DNA of 64,000 bases. Source: Camelus ferus. Taxonomy: Eukaryota. Under the pieces are notes generated by a model. That model saw nothing but the letters and a program-made list of their open reading frames with translations, searched no databases and was not told the DNA's origin. How positions within the stretch are numbered: the stretch's first letter is position 1; the number at the start of each line of letters is the position of its first letter. This document shows, in pieces, positions 38,831 through 50,660 of the stretch. The stretch is from the NCBI RefSeq assembly GCF_009834535.1, contig NC_045697.1:72790001-72854000 (forward strand), in the 5' to 3' direction. The position numbers and the translations under genes are program-made.

Positions 38831-39869
38831 CTAGGGATCATTTTGTATACATTCTGCTTCTCAAGACCCTGAAAAATAGCCCTTGCTTCTTAGCATTCTC
38901 AGGGGATGCTTAAGCAAAACGTAGTCAAAGATATTCCACCAAGGAATGGCCCAATTGAGATTTATGTGAGATAAGATATTTTCCTAAAGCTGGAAGAAGT
39001 GAAAGAGTGAGAAAAGAAGTTGGAATGGTGGAGTGGGCTCAAGAACTTGAGGTTGGAGGCTGACTTATCTAATGCTACAAGAATAAGGACAGATTTATCT
39101 GCACTAGTACCATGAAATAGGGACTCAGGACTTTACTGTGCTCATATGGTACCACTTACTTCCACATTATTTATTTATATCTAGCACATTTAAAGACAAA
39201 TGGAAAAAAGCACAAATCTGTGACAATCTCATATGTTCCTTATATCTAGAAACCATAAAGCAGGTCTGCTGAAAGGACTGTCTTAGTCCCAAATAAATAG
39301 TTACTATTAGGGCTTAGGATCTTTGACACTCACAGAATGGGAGAGAGTCGAGAAGATTTCTGCCTCAATTACCTTTCTGGGGAAGAGGTTGTAAAAGAGG
39401 AAAGAGCTGCCATCAACTGTCAGGTCATTTAATCTTTCTCTGTTCCAGGAGTTGCAGGGAGATATCTGGTATATTGAGTGTACTTGACCCTGTGAAAAGG
39501 ACTAGGCTGCCACCATTGCCGGAACAACAGATTTTATGTCTCGCTATATATTGACATAACTTGTCCTTTTACAAACACAGTGTTGTTGATATATTGCGGT
39601 CTGAAATGTTGAGCCAACCAGTGTCTTTTGCAGTTGGCTTTTTATCTTGAAGGTGTGCATACTTTGTTTTTTGGAAACAGTAAAATCTAGAATATTTAAG
39701 ATTACTTTTTTCTGTATTTCTATAGAAAATAAGATCAGTCACTGAAAATTAATGTTTTTCTCTGCAGTATATGACAGACTAAGAAAGCATAGTTTATAAA
39801 TTACATTGTCCTTATTTGTAGTTACTTTGAAGTAAATCTACATGATTTGCACATGCTTACCCCTGTAAT

Positions 39870-40150
39870 GCCCTGATCCAGTTTCTTTCCCTGTAAAATT
39901 TTCTAGCCATCCTTTGGGAGGGTAACTCAAGTTCACCTCCCCAAGTAGCCTCCCTCACTTCTTCATGTAGGTAGTGTAGATACTTCCTAATTAACCTTAG
40001 GATTTTATAATTATATCTTATAACACAGATATACAATATAGTCATGTGCAATTCTGTTTCCTTCCATCTGGATATGGGCACATGCATTATTCATCTTTGT
40101 GTCTCCAGAACTTAGCATAGTTCTTGACATTCAATAAATACCTGTTGACT
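39870..40150 (+). mobile_element. L2 3' end
   Basis: ttattcatctttgtgtctccagaacttagcatagttcttgacattcaataaatacctgttga. Confidence 0.65.
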
Positions 40151-40479
40151 GAGGGTATCTGATTTTCCCATCCATTTTATGACCACTTTAGCTGCAAGAA
40201 ATATCATTTATCTTGTGTTTTTCCCTATCATGCACATAATAAGAATTCAAAAATATTAAGTGAGTAAAACAAAAATAATTTTAAATATTTTACACCTAAA
40301 TTAAAAATTATTATTGCCCTTGGCTTTTGTGTTTAGCACAGGAAAGCACAGATATTTGAATCATGTGATGGAACAGCCTTAAGAAAGAAGATCTATTATG
40401 TTATCTTAATTAATCTAGTATATCCTTAGATTACAATTGTTCTTCAACAACACCATTTTTTCTAAAGAAACCAAGGCCC

Positions 40480-41785
40480 TAAGCTCTAGAGATACTGTGC
40501 TAAATTAAAAAAAAAAGTTGTCTAGTTTCACAGCACTCACACCCTATTAAAAATGTCATTAAATAATAAATACACAAATACACATGAAATTACAAATTAT
40601 GATGAATTCTATAGAGAAAAATAATTATATCTAGGTTGTAGAATACAGTGGAAGTTCTATTTGGGGAAGTAATATTTAAGCTGAAATCTGAAGGATGTGT
40701 AGAGAGAAGAATGAAGGGCACATCATTCTGTGCCCTGATAGCAGTGTAAGAGGAGACTGGGAAGTGGGGAAATGTTTGATGTGCTCAAGCAACTGAGATT
40801 AAGAATCACTGGAACATAGTGTATGAATAGTACAGTTGTATAGAAGTAGATTGGCAGAATAAGTGGTAGTAAGATTCCGCAGGACGTTGTAGGTTATTTT
40901 CAGGGTTTACAATTTCTTTTATCTATTTTCTTATATATATCGAGGAACCACTGCAAAACTAAGCAGATTGCATGAGTTGATTTAGAATTTAAAAGCATTT
41001 TCTTGTACAGCATGGTGACTGTAGTTAATAATACTACATAGTGTATTTGAAGGTTGCAAGTAGAGTAGATCTTAAAAATTCCCATCATAAGAAAAAATTA
41101 CAACTATATGTGGTGATGTATATTTACCACACATATTGTGGTGATCACTTAGCAATATATACAAATGTGGAATCATTATGTTGTACACCTGAAACTAACA
41201 TAATGTTTATGTAAATTGTATCTCAATTTTAAAAAACCACATCTTGGATGCTGAATGGAGAATAAATTTGAAGAGAACAAGTGTAGATCTGGGGAAATGA
41301 GTTGGAGAGTTAGTTCTAGTGGATCTAGTGGCTGTTATAGTGATAGTCATTTCATGAAAGAGTTATTTCAATGGAAGAGTTATTTCAATGGAAGTGGAGA
41401 GATGTACAGAGATGGGAGGTATTTTGAGGGAGGAGAATCATTAGGGTTTAGTGATGAATTAGATGGTGGTGGGAGGGAAAAGGAGGTTTCAAGAATGATT
41501 GTTTTCAGAATTTAATACCTGGGTAAATGGAAGTACCAGGTACTAATATTTGGATGACTGTAGGAAGAGTCTACTTTTATGACAGATGTGAAGACTTGAA
41601 ACTCAAAGATAAGTTGTGTATATTATAATTTAAAAATACCTCGGAAATAACCAGTGCAAAGACATAAAGTATGCAGCTGATTATTATGTAACTTAGAGCT
41701 CATAGAGGAAGTAGATTTGGAATATACATTTCAGAGTCAGTGATATATAGATGATATTTAATGTCATGGAAATGAATGAAAATAG
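40480..41785 (-). mobile_element. L2 remnant containing a nested L1 3' end
   Basis: aagctgaaatctgaaggatg, ggaaccactg, ggagatgggaggtattttg-like and gatttggaatatacattt motifs. Confidence 0.6.
41003..41237 (+). mobile_element. L1MA9-like 3' end
   Basis: tgtacagcatggtgactgtagttaataatact...gagtagatcttaaa...tgttgtacacctgaaactaa...tatctcaattttaaaaaa. Confidence 0.85.
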
Positions 41786-41816
41786 TAATGAATATAGAAA
41801 TATAGGAATGAATATA

Positions 41817-41862
41817 TTCTGTACTTTTGGTTCTGTTTCTCTGGAGAATTCTGACTGATACA
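41817..41862 (+). mobile_element. MLT2 (ERVL) LTR terminal fragment in inverted orientation
   Basis: ttggttctgtttctctggagaattctgactgataCA, the MLT2 3' terminus. Confidence 0.75.
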
Positions 41863-42109
41863 GCTACGATATCCATTATACTGCACAGCTCCCTACTATA
41901 TACTCCGTATTTTTGGCCTTCTTAGAAGGAGTAAAATTTCTGAGCAATTTCATTTTCATTTAAAAATATATTTGATCTAAGGGAGAATACATTTCTTTTC
42001 TGATCATCTAATCTCTTCCTCGTCAGTTTAGCTGGTGGCATTATGGCATTGCTTCATACTTTATTAATTCATTGATTCTGCAAATATTTGTTGAGCATTA
42101 TATGGTATG

Positions 42110-42442
42110 GTACTGACTCAAACAGTTATGGAGACTGAGAAGTCCCACAACTTGCCTGTAAGCTGGAGACCCAAGAAAGCTGGTGGAGAAAACTGATGTA
42201 CCAACTTAAGTAGTTAGGCAGAGCAAATTCAAACTTCTGCTTTTTTGTTGTATTCAGGCTCTCAGCAGATTAGATGATGTCCACCTACATTTGGAGAGGG
42301 CCATCTGCTTTACTCAGTCCACCAGTTCAAATGCTAATCTCTTCTGGAAACATCCCTCACAGACACACCTGAAATAATACTTAACTACCTATCTGGGTAT
42401 CCCATGGCCCAGGCAAGTTGACACGTAAAATTAACCATTGCA
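42110..42442 (-). mobile_element. MLT2 (ERVL) LTR, main body
   Basis: ttatggagactgagaagtcccaca...atctgctttactcagtccacc.gttcaaatgctaatctcttctggaaaca...caagttgacacgtaaaattaaccattgCA. Confidence 0.85.
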
Positions 42443-43759
42443 ATAGCAAAGGCTTCATTATGCTATTGAATTGAACTGTAATATGTTACTAGTAGAGAAA
42501 GATAGGTACATGTTTGCATCATTCATTGCATTCTGTTTCAATGGTGGCTTAGAAACTATTTCCATACACCAACTTATTTTTATGGAATATGATACTATGT
42601 CAGTCTGGATTTATTTATATCCTAATGTAAATATAAGTCAAAATATATATTCTAGAAGCTTGTACTTTCTTCCCTTAATAGCAGCAATGATAAAAAGAAG
42701 TTGCTTTTATTGAAAGGAATTTTATTAGGAAGGAATAAAACATGGAGGTACATTTAGTTTTATAAGACTGTTTAGAAAAGAGGAAAATCAATCAATCAAT
42801 CAATTAATCAGTCCTAAAAAAGTGAAAGTAAGGGACATTTGCCTCCGAGGCAGAAAGGAAACTAAAATTGTTGAGTCCCTGTTAAGCAAGGTACTGTGCT
42901 TGCACTGTATGCATTGTATACTCACTTTAACTAATGCTATTGGTACATATTGGAGGTGCCAAGATAACTGTGTTTCAATTACAGTGAAATGTCTAGTAGG
43001 TAGGAGTTTCTTTTCTAACAAGGAGTGTTGTCAAGAAGTTGAAGAGGCTGATTCTGGAAATAAAGGTAAATAAAACATTTTTCTGTGCATTAAATTCTAT
43101 TCAAGTGAATGAATCCGTATCACTGAGCTAGACCTCTCCTTTAACCTTCTGTTATTTGTTTCGCTTGTGATCCTGGTTTTGATATCTGTTTGTGTTTTGA
43201 AATATTTCTTCACTTTTCAACATGACATTTTCTTTTTTGACAATTGCAGTTTTAAATTTTAAAAATGTTATATTTTGTCTGATGATTTTCATGCCATAAT
43301 TAAGAGATTGTATCTTTTGTGTTTTAGTCCATGAAGTATGGCTTATTCTAGGTGCTCTGCTTCTTTGTCTTATTTCCAGCAACTGGGTTCCCTAAGGTCT
43401 GTTTTTATTTCCTTTTTCCAATTCTAGGCTCTGTCTATCTTTGCCTGTAAGGATAAACTGAAAGTGTTCTTTTCAGGGCTGCAAATCTGGACATCACAGA
43501 GGGAGCGCTGTTTTCTCTCCTGATGGCCAGCTGTGTGTCCTCAGAAGATGGCAAAAAATCAGTCTGCTCCATGTGTCCCTAGTGAGTGTGTTAGCACCCT
43601 CATAGTCTCAGGAATAATGCGGTTGATGCATAAAACCCTGTGCCTTTCTCTCCTTGACTGTAGCACCCTCTGGACATCACATACCCCTCTGAACTCTGCC
43701 CACTGTCTTATCACAGTTGCTACTTCACTCAGGAGAATTAGCAAGTGGTAGATGAGAAG

Positions 43760-44760
43760 GCAGAATTCAGGACACCATCTTCCCCAGAGAGGTGATCCAT
43801 CTGACTATCACAAAGACATCTCAAAATTTTATGTGTTAAAAAACAGCTCCCTCCATTCTCCACTCCTCCTGCCCCCCACATAGTTGTTCTTTCTGTGAAC
43901 ATCCCTATCTCAGTAAGTGACACCACCACACATCTAGTACATGAAGCTAGATACTTAGAAATTGTGCGTGTCTCTTTGTATCCCCTCATTTCCACCACCC
44001 TATTCAATATCTAGGCAAGTCCTGTTGGCCAAGTCACCAAAATATGTGGGTAAATCTTACTGTCTTGTCATCTCTATTGCTAAAACTTCTTATAAGGCAT
44101 CTTTAGTTTTCTCCGGGACTAATCAGTAACCACTTAATTGGACTTTGCTGCCAAAGCAGCAGGTACAGTGATTTTTTAAAAAAATATGCAAACTAGATTA
44201 CCTCTCTGCGTTAAGTGGTTTCCTCTTTGTATCTGGAATTAAACCAAATTTTCATACTTTTGCTCAGAATTTCCACTGTATTTTGCTTTTTTGCCCTTTT
44301 CTCCAGTCTCACCCATTACCTACTCCCATTGGTTCTTTATGTTCTGTACTCTTACTTTCTCATCCTTAAACACATCAATAACTTTCCTTTTCCAGGCATT
44401 GTTCCTGTTGTCCTTCCTGCCTGTAGCACTCTTCTCCCAGCTCTTTGGGTACCTGACTCATTCTCACTGATAAGCGCTCAGCTAGTCATCTTCTTCAGTA
44501 GGTATTTCCTAACATCCCATTTAAAGAAGACGCTCATTGCAGTTATTTTTTTTCATATTACTTGTTTATTTCCTTCAGCATTCCCAGCAAAATTTCTCCT
44601 TATTTTATTTGGGAGGCCTCTCTGCTCTACTTAAATGCAAATGCCATGAGGGCCTTGGACATTTCAGTTTTGTTTATCCTTATATCTCCAGCTTAGAAGA
44701 CTACAAATAGCCCATGATGACTTCCTTTGAATAAATGAATACATAAATACATGAATGAGG
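43760..44760 (+). mobile_element. L2 3' region
   Basis: catctcaaaatt, ccctatctcagtaagtg.caccacca, ttccttcctgcctg-like, ccatgagggc, tgaataaatgaat. Confidence 0.75.
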
Positions 44761-45044
44761 TAGTTCTGGGTAATTCAAGATGGAATGAGTGGCATTCTCA
44801 TATGTGGTCTTGGCTATGTTATGCTTAATAAAATACACCTTTAATCTCATACAGGCTGCTGAGAGAGCATTATAAAGTTTCTCTTTAGATTCTCTCTATA
44901 TTGCAAAACTAATTAATAACATATGGATAATTTTGTACCATTCAAAGTGGTTTATAGTATTAGTCATGTTTTTAGCAATTATAGACATCGCTGGTGATAC
45001 TGAGTCCTCAAATAGGAAAAGTGCTTACTATTTAGTATCACAAC

Positions 45045-45240
45045 ATAGGTGTTGTGACAGAAGAATGGATGAGGAGCCAGGAGATGTGAATTCTAGTCAC
45101 AGCTTTGCTAGTAAATAATCTGTGTAATCTTGTGCAAGTTATTTAATCTCTCTAAGCCTCAGGTTTCTCATAGGTAAAATGGGACTAATCTCATAGGATT
45201 GTGATGAAGATTACTTAAAATAATGCTTTCAAGCATCACA
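45045..45240 (+). mobile_element. MIR SINE
   Basis: tgtgtaatcttgtgcaagttatttaatctctctaagcctcaggtttctcataggtaaaatggg. Confidence 0.8.
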
Positions 45241-45274
45241 GAGCTATTGTTATATTTTAATAGCTAATAGTAAT

Positions 45275-45662
45275 TATCTTAATTAGCTTGGGCTGCTATA
45301 GCAAAATAGCATTGACTGAATGGCTTCAATACCAGACATTTATTTTCTCACAGTTCTGGAGGCTGGAAGCCTGAGCTTAGGGTACCAGCATGGTTGGTTT
45401 CTGGTGAAGTTCTGCTCCCTGGTTTGTAGGTGGTCACCATATGCCCACGTGACCTCTTTGTGTTTTTGAGGAGAGGGAGAGTGAGTGAGCTCTCTGGTGT
45501 TCCTTCTTACAAAGACACTAATTCTGTTGGATCAGGGACCCATCCTTATGACTGCATTTAACTGTAACTATCTCCTTATAGACCCTGTCTTCAAATACAG
45601 TCATATTAGAGGTTAGAGCTTTAACATGTGAATTTGGGAGAGACACAATTCAATCTTTAGCA
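45275..45662 (-). mobile_element. MLT1A MaLR solo LTR
   Basis: gggctgctatagcaaaatagc...atttattttctcacagttctggaggctggaag...ggagagacacaattcaatctttagCA. Confidence 0.85.
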
Positions 45663-46069
45663 ATACTAATTGTAAGATATTCTAATTTCAGATTCTCATT
45701 TGTGAATGTGTTTAGTTCTATTATTTTCTAGACTTTCCCTTTGAGTTGGTAATTACCTATTGATGCTTTCCAGAAAATAATGTTTTTCTTCTAATATTAG
45801 TTTTAGTATTTACATTAATGTACCATAATTTATTGTTTGGCTTGGGAAGAATAATTCCCAAATTGGGAGAGACACACAGCTTATTTAGGGAGTTGCTGAG
45901 ATGAATTTTTTCCTGTGATATTTTAAAGTGAAGGTTTTATTAACTTGTTTCTATTTAGTATTAAGGCGGAGAATTTAAATGACTCATCAAATGGCTGATC
46001 TGTGGTATCAGTGGAAACACAGAACTTTATGGAATAGAAGCAGACTTTGAAGTCTTCATTGCACAGCAG

Positions 46070-46270
46070 TGTACAGCAGTGTTAAGAGCACTGGACTCCA
46101 CGGCTTTGATTTAAATCTAGACTCTGTTTGTAAATAGCTATGTAACATTGGGTGAATTACTTAAATCTTTCTGGACATCAATAGTTTTATTAGCAAAGAA
46201 GAGATAAGAACACTCGTCACAGGGGATTGTGAGGATTAGATGGAAATGAGGATGCTGGGCTCATAAACTA
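46070..46270 (+). mobile_element. MIR SINE
   Basis: gcagtgttaagagcactggactcc...tagctatgtaacattgggtgaattactt...ggattgtgaggatta. Confidence 0.7.
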
Positions 46271-47529
46271 CTCACGGCATGCTGAGATACTCATTTTTCC
46301 TTCATTCCCAAGATCTGACCAACTTATGAACATTATTTTAAATTACTGATATTATGCCCTAAATTGGTTATGAATGTGCTTTTGTAAAGGCAAAGGAAGG
46401 CTATGTTGGTGGGTTGGGGCACAATGGGTAAAATGAAGATTGGGTACTGAAGGGCCAAGGTCTTCTGTCAAATTTTGTGACATGCAGACAGTAAGAGTTT
46501 TAAAAACAGTTCTTTTAAAAATTATAATGCCTGCTATCTGTGTATGTGTGTCTGTGTGTGTGATTTGAATGATAGAGACAGAGATACGTGACATCAAATC
46601 CATATTTTTCATTACAGCTTAAAAAATAACAAGCCTAATCATTTTAAAGTCACAATGGCTTTGTCACTTCTCCATTATGGCATATTTCTATAAAACAACA
46701 AGATAACAGGTATTCCTTGAAAAACTTTCTTATAGAAAAAATTATTTAGATGATTACCAGTAATGTAAATGTTCTGTACTTGGTATATATTTTAGTTTTA
46801 TAACTGGAAAATCAGGAACTTGAAATGTATTAATAAAATATTAATTGAACAGTAAAAAGACCACAAATTTTTTTTAAAAAGTTAAAAATACTTAGACTCT
46901 AATGGACATTTAATTGTTAACTGTAATATTTAGGGCATAAAATTAATCCAAAATATTTAATCTCAGTATCTTTCCTATTGGTATTTAAAATCTCAATTTG
47001 TTTGAAAAGTTTTCTGAGAAAAATAAAAATAACCTGTCTATATATTTACTCCTTTAAATGCATGAATAATTTCTGGAAAGGAGAAATATCCTCTACCCTC
47101 TCAATTCCAGAAGTAATATTTTAAAACATTAAATTTAAGTCCTCTACACAATATGTCAGGACAATTGGTGCTGTTCCAGAAAATTAAACTTTATGGATTC
47201 AGTTAGATCAGTGATGTCAAAATTTAGTGACTTGTGCTAGAGGAAACTCCTAGACAGGATATTGGAGAATACCTAATTATAAGTGCAATGTTAGTACAAA
47301 TTTGTGCGTGACTACACAGCATGAAAGACACAACAAAGCAAAAGGACAGGATATATTACAAAGATCTTTCTAATATCAGAAATATCAATACAGTGTATAG
47401 TTTGTACATACTGTAGATATATAATACACTGTATATATATATACAGAGTATATATTGTGTATAGTATATACAGAATAGCTTGTGTGTATATTTATGTATA
47501 TCTATATCTATCTACTTATCTATCAAACT

Positions 47530-48340
47530 TTTTTTCCTGAGAACAACTATTAACTTTGGAAAAAACAAATTACAATAACAACTACAAAACTGTTTCATGG
47601 CACTGGAGAGTGATCAAAAGAGTGCTGAAACTGGAGACTATATACCTGAGTGAGATTCACATATATATAACCATCTCCTAAATCCTTGGCTGCTCCTGCA
47701 CTGAGCATGCACAGGACAAGGGTATGAGCAGCTTAAGAGTGAAAAACAGCTGAAAGGCTGTAGAGTGGAGAGATTTTTAGCAGCCACTCCTCCTAAGGGA
47801 GACAGAGTTTAGAGTTTGAATCTCATGAATCTAATAAATAACTTGGGTTTTCCCAGAAGATCTAGGCTTCAGGAGTAAATACTATGCCCAGGATTAAGAG
47901 ATCAATCTTAAACTAAGGGCAAAACTAAAATAGATTCACCCTAACAAAGTACCAAACCTCTGCAAATTTGAATGATCCACCAGTAATGTAACTGCCTGCT
48001 AAGAGAAAGCACAGCATCTTTCAGATGAAGGCATCAAAAGTCTTAACATCGTATCTCACAATATCCAGTATACAATCCAAAATTACCATACATGCAAAGA
48101 AATAAATATCATACATGTAAATAAACATTTTAAATGTGACCCATAATCAAGAAAAAATGAGTCAGTAGGTTTTGCAGTTAATAGGTAAGGTCTTTAAAAA
48201 ACTATGATAAATATGTTAAAGCATTTACAGAAACGGATGGCTATAATGAGTTGAAAGATCATTTCAGGAGATACATGAAAACTGTAAGACTGTAAAAAAT
48301 TCATATGGAAATCTTAGAACAGTATCTGAAATCAATATAA
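47530..48340 (+). mobile_element. Old L1 (L1M) 5'UTR/ORF1-proximal fragment
   Basis: ggcactggagagtga.caaaa, aaaattacca.acatgcaaagaaa, tgtgacccataatcaagaaaaa, actatgataaatatgttaaa. Confidence 0.6.
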
Positions 48341-49114
48341 AAGCATTAGATATTTTGTTTCAATTCAGACTCTGTAAATATTTGATAAGTGCTTGATAAT
48401 ACTTGATTCATTTTCTCAGTATCTCTTGTCATTTTCCAAGATTATACTCCTAGAATAAGACATTTCTTGTTTCTACTACTACTAGAAGGGAAATAATTTT
48501 TTTTAGGACCATTAAATTAGCAAAATCATTGAAGTGCTAAGTTTATATTAATTGCCGCAGTTCCTGGCCAGAATCTATTATTGCTAGCAATTCATAAAAC
48601 ATAAGAATTGGTGTTGAATGTCTTATTAAAAATGAAACCACATTTGGAAAGCCAAAATGAGTCATGATCTTTTAATATTTTATTCGAGTCATAAATTTAG
48701 AAGATCATAAATCACTTGAGTCATGGTTTAAGACAAATAAGCAAATAAATATATAGCAAAGTTTTATTCATTTTGAAATATTTTACTCTTTATAATAAAT
48801 ATAAACTTTCACATATAATAATAATTATTTTTAAAGTAATAACTCACTTGAATAGAGGATTGAAAATTTAACTAGCATCTGTCTTCACTTTGAAAGAAAC
48901 TATATTCATCAGGCATCCAAGAGTAATGGCAGTTAGGAGATAAAATATACCTCAAGACCTCATGAGGCTTGTAGGAAAGAAAAAAATTGAGGGGTGGAAA
49001 AGATTGCAGTATACTGAAAATTCAGTGTCTATGAATTTAGAAGAATCAAATTTTCACTGGTTTTCAGTCCTCTTTCAAGGGTATTTGATAACCAGGAAAA
49101 AAATCTAAGGAAAC

Positions 49115-50660
49115 AGATTCATTCCTTCATTTTATGAGCATTATAGTGTTCCTGAGTTATGCTAGACACTCTGAGTTGTTGAATATCTAAAGGTGAGTAA
49201 GACACAAACCCTTCTCTCAGTTTTGTAAAGTTTGTTGGAAGAGATAGTTGAGCAAATGGATGTTTCGTATATAGTGTTGTTAAGTTCCATGCTAGAGTTT
49301 GCCATGTGGTATAATGGGAAATCAGGGACCAACACTGAATACAGCTTGGGGGTGGAGGTTTCAAAGAGGCTTTCTAGAGAAAGAAGTGCCTGTGGTACAA
49401 CTTGAAAGACAAATAGGAAATATTCAGGTGAGAGGAGCAGAAAAGGGTTGGGAGAGTGGGGAGAAGAGTGTCCTAGTCACAGAAGGAAAATATGCATATC
49501 TCACAGTTGGCTCTGGGAATACAAAAAGTTTGACTAACTGGGATGCAGTGCGTAATATAAAATATACTGATGAAGAAAGTGAGAGAGAGAGATGGAAGTG
49601 AGATTAGGGAGGGCCAGAGAAGCCATTAAAGAATTTTAAGAAGAGTATTAATAAATTCAGATTTTAGAGAGAATACTTTGAAGGTAGAATCGATTTTATT
49701 TGAATCAGATTTAATGGAAGCAGGAGGATCTTTAATTGACAAGTATACTAATCCAGGCAAGAAATTATGTAGATCTAAACAAAAGTAGAGAAGGGGCTTA
49801 GGAAAGAAAAAAATGTATTTGAATGCTTTTAGAGTTAATTTGAAGCACTGTCACTGACTGAATTTTGGTTGAGGAAAGAGATAGTTATAGATTATTTTGC
49901 TTTTTGTCTGGGCCACTTTATGGGTATTAGTAATATTCTATCAAATGGGAAGAAGACTTTCCAAGAATCAACAAAGATGGCTATTTCATTTTGACAGGCT
50001 TATTTTGAAATTTCTGTTGTACATGGGGTACAATGAGAGATGGTCAACAGAATTTTAATCTGGAGCTCAAAGCTTGGACCTCAGAAAAGAAGTCTAGATA
50101 TGGGCGTATTGTAAATGTAGATTTGGAAATAATTTTCAAAGATGTTGATGTCCTGGGAGTGGATGAAATTATCTAAATAAGACTCTATATGAAAGCTATA
50201 AAAATATGAAGAATAGGCTTTTGGGGTAAAGATTAGCATGTAAATAGTAGAGGAAGAAAGGCCAGAGAGAGGAATGGCCTGAGGAGAGGAAGGAGGCAAA
50301 TACCATGGAAGGAGAGACTTCTCATGGTGGGAGTGATCAGAAGGTATCTATTGTGTCATTCTGGTCAAGGACTGAATATACCCCATGAATTTAGCAACAA
50401 AGAAGGCAATGGTAGCTTTGGCAAGGGTAATTTGTGCAGAATGGCTTGTTGGAAGCCACAAAGCATTAACCAGAGAGGCGGAAAAGATTGGTAAACAAAA
50501 GGAGAGAGCAAATGTAAATAACACAAGATGGAAGGAGATGTGAGTGTGCTTAAATTTTGAGGGAGAATCACAGTGAAGTGAAAGAGGTCATGGTTTAGAA
50601 GACAGATGGTTTAATTGATTGATGACTACTCTTGAGAAGGAGGTGCCAAGGATCTAGAAC
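49115..50660 (-). mobile_element. L2 remnant
   Basis: ttcattccttcattttatgagcat, gaagccattaaagaattttaag, aatccaggcaaga, atctggagctca, gaatttagcaaca motifs. Confidence 0.7.
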
